Shown in pieces: positions 6,384 through 15,428 of a stretch of 27,818 nt of DNA. A program made the translations under genes and the position numbers. Location of the stretch: the NCBI GenBank assembly GCA_017608955.1, contig JAFCEW010000001.1:1-27818 (forward strand). Direction: 5' to 3'. The DNA is from Candidatus Aenigmatarchaeota archaeon. GTDB lineage: Archaea > Aenigmatarchaeota > Aenigmatarchaeia > CG10238-14. The notes under the pieces were generated by a model, which saw only the letters and a list, made by a program, of their open reading frames with translations, had not been told where the DNA came from and searched no databases. Each line of letters opens with the position of its first letter. Position 1 is the first letter of the stretch.

Positions 6384-8279
6384 ATGAAAATGCTGTTAAT
6401 ACATTCAGATTATCTGAAATATAAACCAACAAAAAAAGCATTGAAAAACATTAAAGATGTTGATAAAAAAGAATTAAAATTTGAAAATGCTTTAGTTGTG
6501 TTTGCATGTTCTGAACGAAGTGATGAAAAAAATATTAAAAGAATTGTTGAAAAATCTGTAAAAGAAATAGAAAATAAACTGAATGAAGTAAAAGCAAAAA
6601 AAATTATAATTTATCCTTATGCACATTTAAGTTCTGACTTAGCAAAACCATATGTGGCTGAAAAAGTATTGAAAGAACTAGGAAAGGAATTAGAAAAAAG
6701 AAAATTACCATATCATATTTCACCTTTTGGTTGGTATAAATCATTTGAAATAAAATGTATTGGTCATCCTTTATCAGAAGCATTCAAAGAAATAAGAATA
6801 GGTGAAGAAAAAGAGGAAGAAATAGTTTCAAAAGCTCTAAAAGAAGAAGAAAAAATTATATCACATTGGTTCATCATGAAGCCAGACGGAGAAATGATTC
6901 CTATAAAGATAGATAATGGAAAAATTTCTGGTGATTTTGATTTCAAAAATTTTGAAAATCTAAAAAAATTTGCAATATATGAAATGGCAAAAAGTAGGGA
7001 AGTAAAAAAACTACCAGTTCATATAAAAATGATGAGAGATTTAGAATTAGCAGATTATGAAAGTGCAAGTGATTCTGGTAATCTAAGATTTTATCCAAAT
7101 GGAAGACTGATAAAATCTCTATTAGAGCAGTTTGTAACAAGAAAAGTTATAGATTATGGAGCAATGGAAATTGAAAGTCCATTGATGTATAGTATTACTC
7201 ATCCAGCAGCAGTTGCTTATTTAAATAAATTTCCAGCAAGACAATATATTATAAAATCTGGTGATAAAGAATTTTTCTTACGTTTTGCTGCTTGTTTTGG
7301 TCAGTTTTGTATGGCTAATAATATGAATATTTCATATAAAGATCTTCCAATAAGATTATATGAATTGACAAGATATAGTTTCAGAAGAGAGAGAAAAAGT
7401 GAATTAGCAGGATTAAGAAGATTGAGAGCATTTACTATGCCAGATGTTCATGCATTTTGCGCAGATCTACCTCAAGCAATGAAAGAATTTGAGAGAAGAT
7501 TCAAATTGTCTCAAGGAATTATTAATGATATTGGATTCAAAAAAGAAGATTATGAATTAGCTATAAGATTTACTAAAGATTTTTACAATGAGCATAAAGA
7601 TTTTATAAAGCTTTTAATGAAATTACATGGAAAGCCAGCAATAATAGAAATGTGGGATAAGAGGGCATTCTATTTTATTTTAAAATATGAATTTAATGTA
7701 GTTGATGCATCAAACAAGGCTTCAGCCCTTTCAACAGATCAAATAGATATTGAAAATGCAAAAAGATATGGAATTACTTATATTGATAAGGATAATAAAA
7801 AGAAAAATCCAATAATTCTTCATTGTTCTCCAAGTGGTGCAATCGAGAGAGTTATATATGCTTTATTAGAAAAGGCATATATCAAACAAAAGAACGGAGA
7901 GGTGCCAGAATTTCCATTATGGCTTTCACCAGTTCAAATTAGAATAATTCCTGTTTCTGATAAATTCATAAAACCATCAGAAGAATTAATGAAAAAATTT
8001 GAAGAACATAATATACGAGTCGATATTGATGATAGAGCATTAACTGTCCAAAAAAGAATTAGAGAAGCTGAGCTTGATTGGGTAAATTTAATAATTGTTT
8101 TTGGTGAAAAAGAAAATGAAAGTAAAAAGCTAATGGTCAGGATTCATAAAACAAAAGAAATTAAAACAATGAGTTTTGATGAAATTGTTAAATATATTAC
8201 TGATAAAACAAAAAGATATCCATTTATTCCATTATCTTTACCTAAATTACTTTCAAAAAGACCAATATTTGTTGGATAA
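6384..8279 (+). CDS. thrS: Threonyl-tRNA synthetase, archaeal type with N-terminal editing domain
   Basis: LLIHSDY, YPYAHLSSDL, PFGWYKSF, SDSGNLRFYPNG, LRFAACFGQF, LRRLRAFTMPDVH, HCSPSGAIER, WLSPVQ. ATG 6384 preferred over the TTG 6378 start. Confidence 0.97.
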   Translation: MKMLLIHSDYLKYKPTKKALKNIKDVDKKELKFENALVVFACSERSDEKNIKRIVEKSVKEIENKLNEVKAKKIIIYPYAHLSSDLAKPYVAEKVLKELGKELEKRKLPYHISPFGWYKSFEIKCIGHPLSEAFKEIRIGEEKEEEIVSKALKEEEKIISHWFIMKPDGEMIPIKIDNGKISGDFDFKNFENLKKFAIYEMAKSREVKKLPVHIKMMRDLELADYESASDSGNLRFYPNGRLIKSLLEQFVTRKVIDYGAMEIESPLMYSITHPAAVAYLNKFPARQYIIKSGDKEFFLRFAACFGQFCMANNMNISYKDLPIRLYELTRYSFRRERKSELAGLRRLRAFTMPDVHAFCADLPQAMKEFERRFKLSQGIINDIGFKKEDYELAIRFTKDFYNEHKDFIKLLMKLHGKPAIIEMWDKRAFYFILKYEFNVVDASNKASALSTDQIDIENAKRYGITYIDKDNKKKNPIILHCSPSGAIERVIYALLEKAYIKQKNGEVPEFPLWLSPVQIRIIPVSDKFIKPSEELMKKFEEHNIRVDIDDRALTVQKRIREAELDWVNLIIVFGEKENESKKLMVRIHKTKEIKTMSFDEIVKYITDKTKRYPFIPLSLPKLLSKRPIFVG

Positions 8280-8317
8280 ATAAATCTATCCTTTAGAGAA
8301 CAAATTACTAGCTTAAT

Positions 8318-9142
8318 TCAATTTGCTTTTTTTGTGAATGGAGAAGATTTTCCCCATACTAAATTGAATAATGGTTCAATCATATTTTTTGCTGTATATT
8401 CTGATTTTGTCCAAAGCATCATTTCTTGTGTGGATTGTTTTTCATCAGACAATCCCATCATTAATTGTTTGCCATCAACCACACAGAATTTTCCTGAAAA
8501 TGGAATTGTATCTTCTGTTATATTTCTCATTTCAGCTATAGCAGATAAAGCTTTTATCGCCTGTTCAGGACTTTTTTTAAGATTTGATGCTATTCTTATT
8601 TTCACACCACTCTTTTTTAATTTTTTAAGCGTTGCTAAATGGTTTTCAAACAATTGATTAATTCCAGATGGTGTTGTTACTATATTTACAGATGATGATG
8701 CATTTTTTAGCATATTATCCATTTGTTGTATTACAGAATATTTTCCTTTTAGTGCTCCTGTCAGATCTTCTGGAGAAATTAATTGCATTCCACCTTCATA
8801 TATAGATTTTAATTCTTGCATTATTTTAGAATTTTTTATTTTATCTATTCTTTCTTCCATTAATTTTAATTTTTCTCTTTCTCTATCCTTTACTTTTTCA
8901 AATGCATCCTCTGGTGATATTGCTACATATTTTAATGGTTTTGATGGTTGAATTATCACAAATCCTTTCTTTGAAAGAGTCTCTAAAACATCATATGTTC
9001 TTGATCTAGGAACATTTGTCATAGATGATAACTCTCCTGCAGTTGCTGTTCCTCTGGTTAAAAGTGCTACCCATAACTTTCTTTCATATAAATTTAGACC
9101 TATACCGCGAAGAGCATCCATTAATTCAGACGAGCCTAACAT
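8318..9142 (-). CDS. TrmB family transcriptional regulator
   Basis: GLNLYE..W.ALL..G.ATAGELS..TNVPRSRTYDVLETL..KGF N-terminal HTH followed by an effector-type domain (GKFCVVDG). Confidence 0.93.
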   Translation of the reverse strand: MLGSSELMDALRGIGLNLYERKLWVALLTRGTATAGELSSMTNVPRSRTYDVLETLSKKGFVIIQPSKPLKYVAISPEDAFEKVKDREREKLKLMEERIDKIKNSKIMQELKSIYEGGMQLISPEDLTGALKGKYSVIQQMDNMLKNASSSVNIVTTPSGINQLFENHLATLKKLKKSGVKIRIASNLKKSPEQAIKALSAIAEMRNITEDTIPFSGKFCVVDGKQLMMGLSDEKQSTQEMMLWTKSEYTAKNMIEPLFNLVWGKSSPFTKKAN

Positions 9143-9248
9143 TTTTATTCCTCTTGTATTACTTATTAGTGATTGACTTTTTAAAGATTTTATATATTAC
9201 TTTACATTTTTATTTAAGTTTTATTTCTATCAAGAATTAAATAATTTG

Positions 9249-10922
9249 TTATTTTTTCATAAATTGTTGCTTGTAAAGTTTATTTATTCTGTCCTTTGTA
9301 TCTACTTCTTCAATATCTTTATCTGGCCTAAATCTTATTAAACGTGGAAAACGAAGAGCAAATCCAGATTCATATTTAGGAGATTTTTGTATTTCTTCAT
9401 AAGCAACTTCTATAACAATTTTTGGTTTTAATCTCACTTTTGTTCCTTTTGATTCGATTATAAGTTTTTCTAGTTTTTTTGTTAATTCTTTAAATTGTTC
9501 ATCTTTTAATCCTGTTCCTAGTTTCCCACATGCTAAAAATTTACCAGTGTTTGGTTCTCTGCATGCAATTTTAAATGAACTTAACCAATTGCTTCTTTTT
9601 CCCTTTCCCCATTCAGCTGATACAATAACCAAATCCAAACTTTCCATCACAGGCTTTACTTTTGTCCATTGTCCTACTCTTCTCCCAGGTTTGTATTTTG
9701 CTTGAGAATTTTTTACCATTAATCCTTCCTGATTTGCTTTTAATGATTCTTCATAGAATTTTTGTGCCTTTTTAATATCTTTAGTAACTAATTGTTTAGC
9801 AAGTTCAAATTTGTTAGGGATAATTTTTATGATATTTTCTAATATTTTTCTTCTATTTTCAAATTTTTCATCAAATAATATTTTTCCATCTACATATACA
9901 ACATCAAATAAATGCATCTGAACTGGTATCTTTTTTACCATTTTTTCTATATCATATTTTCTTTGAATTCTTTTAGATAATTCTTGAAATGGTATTGGTC
10001 TATTTGTTTCATGATCTATACCTATAGTCTCACCTTCTACTAAACATTCTTTTACTTTTATCGCTTTTTTGGAATATTCTACTAAATCAGGAAATTGTTT
10101 TGTAACATCTTCTAGTCTTCTTGTAAACAACCAAATCTTATCATTTTTTTTATGAATTTGTATTCTTAGACCATCATACTTATATTCTAAAGCTGGCTTT
10201 TCATATGATTCCAAAGCTTTTTCTAATGTTGGTGCTTTTTCTCCGAGCATAACCATGATAGGTTTTCCTAATTGTATTTTTACTTTTTTTAATCCTCTTT
10301 CTCCTTGTTCTTTTGCTATTTTTGCTATTTCTCCATAATTTGCATTTAGAAACCATGCATTTTCAACAGCTTTAGGGTCAACATTAAATGCTTTTGCTAT
10401 AGAATCTCTTATTATTCCTTCTGCAACGCCTATTCTTAATGTCTCTAAAATAGTTCTTACTATATATCTCGCTTCTTTTGGTTTAGCAGATGCTAGAAGT
10501 TCTGTAATAAGATTTAGTTTTCTTTCCTGTGAACCTGTCCCAACTATTTTTGATAATTTTTGTATATTTTCATAAACATTTTCAATGGTTAGAGACTTTT
10601 GTGATAAAGTCCTTTGTTTTTTTAATTTTATACAATCTTCTGCAACCAGCCCCAGATCGCCTAAATCTTTTCATTTATTGTTGATCTCACTTTCTGAAAT
10701 ACCAGTTGATTTTGATATTGCTTTAATCATCATTTGATTTGCTATTCCAGTTTTTTCTTCTGAATATGAAGGAAATATTTTTCCAGAAACCAATAGAATA
10801 ACTTGGGGCAAAATATCAGTTGGTATTTTTTTAATTAGTCCAGAAAGAATTTCTGTTTTTTTTATTTTACCAGATTCTTTTTCTAATTTTTCATACGTTT
10901 CAGCTAATATCGAATATTTCAT
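9249..10922 (-). pseudogene. lig: ATP-dependent DNA ligase; one continuous frame with a single in-frame TGA at codon 84 (10671-10673). May be intact if the stop is an error.
   Basis: After TGA the same frame continues KDLGDLGLVAE..GSQERK..LRIGVAEGIIRD into the track ORF 9249-10256 (EYKYDG, EGLMVK, W.KVK, LDLVIV, LRFPR). Total 558 codons. Confidence 0.9.
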
Positions 10923-10986
10923 ACAATAATCATTTCAAAATCTTAAGATTTAATATTTTATTATTATAAAAATCCAACAGATATAT

Positions 10987-11685
10987 ATGGAAACATTGGA
11001 ATGCATTAAAACAAGAAGATCGATTAGAACCTATGATAGAAAAGATGTTCCTACTGATTTAATAGAAAAAATATTAGAATATGGAACAATGGCTCCATCT
11101 ACTGGCAACACACAGCCATGGGAATTTATTGTTGTGAAAGATAGAGAAATTAAAAATAAATTATTTGATGCTTCATTAAAACAAGAACATGTTAGAGATG
11201 CGCCAGTTCTTATAATAGTATGCGCTGATATAGAAAAAGCCAAACAAAGATATAAAGAAAGAGGGGAAAAATTGTATTCTATCCAAAATACAGCAGCATG
11301 TATTCAAAACATACTTCTGGCTGCACATGATCTTGGACTAGGGACATGCTGGGTTGGTGCGTTTGAAGAAAAAGAAGTATCAACTATATTAGAAATACCA
11401 AAAAGACTCAGACCAGTTGCAATAATAACTTTAGGATTTCCATTAGAATATGAAAAGCCAAGAAAAATAGAACGGATTCCATACAGAAATATTACTTGGG
11501 TAGAAAAATATGGAAAGACATGGGAATTCAAACCAAGGCCTTTAGATATTCAAGTAAAAGATTGGCAAAAAAGATTATCAGAATTAGAAAAAAAATTAGA
11601 AAAATCAAAAGAGCAACCTATAAGTGAAGAAAAAGAATCGTTTTCAGAAAAATTCAGAAGAATAATAAAAAATATAACAAAATAA
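10987..11685 (+). CDS. Nitroreductase family protein with C-terminal charged extension
   Basis: IKTRRSIRTY, APSTGNTQPWEFIVV, AACIQNILLAAHDLGLGTCWVG, AIITLGFP. Confidence 0.95.
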   Translation: METLECIKTRRSIRTYDRKDVPTDLIEKILEYGTMAPSTGNTQPWEFIVVKDREIKNKLFDASLKQEHVRDAPVLIIVCADIEKAKQRYKERGEKLYSIQNTAACIQNILLAAHDLGLGTCWVGAFEEKEVSTILEIPKRLRPVAIITLGFPLEYEKPRKIERIPYRNITWVEKYGKTWEFKPRPLDIQVKDWQKRLSELEKKLEKSKEQPISEEKESFSEKFRRIIKNITK

Positions 11686-11729
11686 ACAAACATTAATTTA
11701 AAAAAAATAATATAATTATAGGTGTTAAA

Positions 11730-13136
11730 TTGAAAAATAAAATATTTTTTTCTATTATAATTTTGTTATTAATCCCAATTTTTGCTAATGCAAATAATAT
11801 AGAAATCGTAACCCCAGGAACAACAAATGTCTATACAGTTTAATCAAACGAAGTTCAGATTTTGCTAAAAAATACTGGATCTGTAACAGATACATTTTAT
11901 TTTTCAGTATGGCCAGTTAATTGGGCAAGTCTTGAAAAATATTGGATTTCTTTGAACCCAGGAGAAACAGAAACAGTATATCTTAATATAATTCCACCTA
12001 TAGATACTAAAGAAGGAATACAGATATTCAAGTTTACTGTATCTTCACTTGAGACAGGAGATGTTGTTACAAAAGAATTATATTTGAATGTTAAGAGAAC
12101 AGCTGATATTTATATTTCTGATATAAACTTAAATAAGCAAATTTTAGATCCTGGAGAGACTTTGGTTATAGAACCTATCATAAAAAATATTAATCCAAGT
12201 GAAACAAAAAATCTTTATGTAACAACAGAAATTTTAAAAAATGATTTAGTAGCTCAAAAGTTTGATGATTTTATTATTGTAAAACCGGATTCTTTTAAAA
12301 AGATATCACATAATTTTGATATAAATTTAAAAACTACTCCTGGAAACTATAAAATAAAAGTTATATTAAAAGATGAATCAGGTAAAATATTACATGAAAA
12401 ACAGAATTATTTTAAAATAAATTCTATATCTAGGGTTGAAAAAACTAAAGAAGTTAAAAATAGACTTTTTTATAGTTCAGTTATAATAAAAATAGAAAAT
12501 AAAGGAAATGTAAAAGTTACTAATTTTTATGTAACAGAATCTTTACCTTCCTTTTCCAAGAGTTTCTTTTATCCTAATATAGAGCCAGATTTCAAAGAAA
12601 TACAAAACAATAGAATAATATATAAATGGTTTATAGAATCTTTGGGTCCAGGGGATATATTAGAAATAAAATATGAATTAAGATTTACTAATGTTATACT
12701 AGGAGCTTTGTTTATTATTATATTAATCTCATTGATTAGTTGGAAATTCTTTAGACCAAAGCTAATAAAAAGATATATTGGTCTTTTCAGAGGACAAGAA
12801 GAAGTAAAAGTTTCGTTATCTTTTAAAAATAAAGAAAGAAAAGAAATCAAAAATGTTATTGTAAAAGATTTTATTCCAGGAATAGCAAAATTAATTCCAG
12901 AATATGATACATTAATACCAAAAGTAAAAAGAAAGGAAGATGGAACAGAACTAACATGGAAAGTAAAAAGTATAAAACCAAAAGAAGAAAGAGTTTTTAC
13001 TTATAAAATAAAGCCAATAATTGGAATAACAGGAGATCTAAAATTACCAAAGGCATCATTTATGTATGAAACCAAGAAAGGTAAAAAGAGAAGAGTTTGT
13101 TCAAAGAGTCTTATTATAAAAGGAAAACTTAAGTAA
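11730..13136 (+). CDS. Putative surface/membrane protein: signal peptide, Ig-like repeats, one transmembrane helix, cytoplasmic Ig-like domain; in-frame TAA at codon 38 (11841-11843)
   Basis: AGGTG RBS before TTG 11730; MKNKIFFSIIILLLIPIFANA signal peptide in frame with track ORF 11862-13136; hydrophobic helix 12693-12752. Confidence 0.75.
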
Positions 13137-13185
13137 ATTGTTAAGTAGATAGTTTTTTATATTATTTCTTGGATTTATTAATAAA

Positions 13186-13299
13186 CCCCCTGTAGCTCAA
13201 TGGTAGAGCACACGGCTGTAGACAAGTACTCTATGTACTTGACACCAGTATGTGTTCGTGGAAACCGTGGGGTTGCTGGTTCAAATCCGGACGGGGGGA
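13186..13299 (+). tRNA. tRNA-Tyr (GUA) with 42-nt intron at 37/38 (13222-13263)
   Basis: CCCCCTG/CGGGGGG acceptor (C1-G72), GCTC/GAGC D stem, CACGG-CTGTAG[intron]A-CCGTG, TTCAAAT T loop, A73; G49:A65 mismatch. Confidence 0.95.
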
Positions 13300-13352
13300 T
13301 TAAACAAAAGTATTTAAATTTTTAAAACAAACAATCTGAGTATTGAGCAAAA

Positions 13353-13360
13353 TTTAAATA
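13353..13360 (+). promoter_or_regulatory. TATA box (TTTAAATA) with upstream A-rich BRE-like element for 5S rRNA
   Basis: About 24 nt upstream of the 5S 5' end, preceded by GAGCAAAA. Confidence 0.5.
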
Positions 13361-13383
13361 GTTAATGGTTATTAATATTTAGA

Positions 13384-13499
13384 GGTTGGCGACCAAAGCG
13401 AAGAGGAAATACCCGTTCCCATTTCGAACACGGCAGTCAAGCTCTTCAGCGATCTGAGCAGTACTGCTTTCGAGCGGGAAATTCAGGGCGTTGCCAACT
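13384..13499 (+). rRNA. rrf: 5S rRNA, not linked to 16S/23S in this window
   Basis: Terminal helix GGTTGGC/GCCAACT, loop C ACCCGTTCCCATTTCGAACACGG, AGTACT and GGGAAA elements. Confidence 0.95.
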
Positions 13500-13579
13500 A
13501 TTTTAATTTAATGGTGATTGCTTATTGATCAAAAAAACAACACATTTTTCTTTAATTAATTCATATATTTTTTTATCAT

Positions 13580-13684
13580 GCCCTGGTGATGTAGTCCGGT
13601 CTAATTATTATATTTATAAAAAAATAAGGCCAAGCATATGGGACTGTCACTCCCATCACAGGGGTTCAAATCCCCTCCAGGGCG
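13580..13684 (+). tRNA. tRNA-Asp (GUC) with 30-nt intron at non-canonical position 21/22 (13604-13633)
   Basis: GCCCTGG/CCAGGGC acceptor, G73, TGGGA-CTGTCAC-TCCCA anticodon arm. D loop interrupted by AT-rich segment with GGUC/GGCC central helix and 3-nt bulges. Confidence 0.95.
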
Positions 13685-13699
13685 CTAAAAGGTGAGAAA

Positions 13700-13933
13700 T
13701 TGAAAGAAAAACATATTGATATATTGCATCATACTCTTGTTCCCAAACACACTATTTTATCAGAACAAGAAAAACAAGAGATAATAAATAAATATCAAAT
13801 AAAAAAACTCTCACAATTTCCTAGAATTTTGAAATCAGATCCTATTATTAAATTAATAGGTGCTAAACCAGGGGATCTAATAAAGATCGAAAGAGAAAAT
13901 TCGGATTATTATAGAGTGGTTGTAGAGGATTAA
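13700..13933 (+). CDS. rpoH: RNA polymerase subunit H (Rpo5)
   Basis: HTLVPKHTIL, PRILKSDP, GAKPGDLIKI, YYRVV; TTG start after AGGTGA. Confidence 0.95.
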   Translation: MKEKHIDILHHTLVPKHTILSEQEKQEIINKYQIKKLSQFPRILKSDPIIKLIGAKPGDLIKIERENSDYYRVVVED

Positions 13934-13934
13934 T

Positions 13935-15428
13935 ATGGAAAACTATAAAAGACTTTTAAAGTCATTTGTGAGTGAAAAGGGGTTTATTAAGTTTCAAATA
14001 GATTCATATAATAATTTTGTTGAAAGAAAAATACCAGAAATACTGAAACAAATAAAAGAAATAAAACCAGATGTTCCTGATTTAGGAGAATTCAAAATTA
14101 AAATTGGAAGATTTAGATTAGGAGAGCCATCAATAAAAGAAGCAGATGGATCTCTTAGAAATATTTTACCAATGGAAGCAAGAATAAGAAATCTTACTTA
14201 TGCTGCACCAATGTATGTTGAAATGACACCTGTTCTGAACAAAATAGAATCTGAAACTATATGGGTAAATTTTGGTGACCTCCCAATAATGATAAAATCC
14301 AAATATTGTTCACTCAATGGAATGTCAAGAGAACAACTTATAGAAGCAGGCGAAGATCCAGATGATCCAGGTGGTTACTTCATTATAAATGGAACAGAAA
14401 GAGTTCTTGTATTATTGGAAGAAATTTCTCCAAATAGGATTATTGTTGAAAAATCAAATATAGCTAATGTAACAGAAACAGCAAGAATACATTCTGAAAA
14501 AGACAGATATGTGCAAAGACATACTTTAGAAAGAAAAACAGATGGAATAGTAAGAATAAATTTTGCAAATATAAACAGTTTGCCTATCATTATTTTATTG
14601 AGAGCGCTTGGATTAAAATCAGATAAAGATATTATTTCTACTATATCTTCAGATCCAGAAGTTCAAGATGAATTTTATCCTAATTTATTTGAAACTGAAT
14701 CTTCCAATTCAAAAGAAGCTTTGGATGAGATAGGAAGAAAATTAAGAATACCACAAAAGGAATATAGAAATGAAAGAGTTTCAAGACTTATAGATAAATA
14801 TCTCCTTCCTCATTTAGGTCAAGATACAAAAAATAGATTAGATAAGGCATTCTTCTTAGCAAAAGCAGTTGATAAACTTTTGAAATTGCATTTAAGAAAA
14901 ATACCACAAGATGATCTAGACAATTATGCAAATAAAAGATTAAGATTATCTGAAGATTTACTTGAAGTATTATTTAGATCAATTTTATTAGGAAAATGGG
15001 GACTTATAACAAGAATAACATATAATTATCAAAAATTAACAAAAAGAGGAAGATTTCCACCATTACCTGCCATAGTTGAATCAAATGTTTTGACAAATCA
15101 AATAATTTCTGCATTAGCTATAGGTTCATGGGTAGGGGGAAGAACAGGTGTTTCACAAAGATTGGAAAGAGGAAGTTTTGTTAAAAGTATTTCACATGTA
15201 AGAAATATACTCTCGCCTTTAACATCAACACAAGAACATTTCAAAGCAAGGGAATTACATCCAACACACTGGGGAAGAATAGATCCATCTCAAACACCAG
15301 AAGGAGCAACAATTGGATTAAGAAAATATCTAGCATCTATGGCAAGCATAACTACAGGCATTCCAACTAAAGAAAAAAATAATTTAATCAATATAATTAA
15401 AAAAACAGAGGGAATGAAAAATGAGTGA
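13935..15428 (+). CDS. rpoB2: RNA polymerase subunit B'' (Rpo2N)
   Basis: QIDSYNNF, ARIRNLTYAAP, DPGGYFIINGTERV, GGRTGVSQRLER, RELHPTHWGR, TPEG. Confidence 0.97.
   Translation: MENYKRLLKSFVSEKGFIKFQIDSYNNFVERKIPEILKQIKEIKPDVPDLGEFKIKIGRFRLGEPSIKEADGSLRNILPMEARIRNLTYAAPMYVEMTPVLNKIESETIWVNFGDLPIMIKSKYCSLNGMSREQLIEAGEDPDDPGGYFIINGTERVLVLLEEISPNRIIVEKSNIANVTETARIHSEKDRYVQRHTLERKTDGIVRINFANINSLPIIILLRALGLKSDKDIISTISSDPEVQDEFYPNLFETESSNSKEALDEIGRKLRIPQKEYRNERVSRLIDKYLLPHLGQDTKNRLDKAFFLAKAVDKLLKLHLRKIPQDDLDNYANKRLRLSEDLLEVLFRSILLGKWGLITRITYNYQKLTKRGRFPPLPAIVESNVLTNQIISALAIGSWVGGRTGVSQRLERGSFVKSISHVRNILSPLTSTQEHFKARELHPTHWGRIDPSQTPEGATIGLRKYLASMASITTGIPTKEKNNLINIIKKTEGMKNE

Noticed and set aside
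10671-10673. Genome-wide UGA reassignment (Trp/Gly), or selenocysteine, to explain the ligase stop
   Set aside because: TGA ends rpoB'', rpoB', rpoA', rpoA'' and the methyltransferase at their expected C-termini. TGG is used for Trp, the position is not a Cys site, and the other internal stop is TAA.
13245-13260. Canonical BHB around the putative inner tRNA-Tyr intron
   Set aside because: The registers I tested (13245-13260 and 13244-13259) give central helices with mismatches, so nested splicing is kept only as a hypothesis
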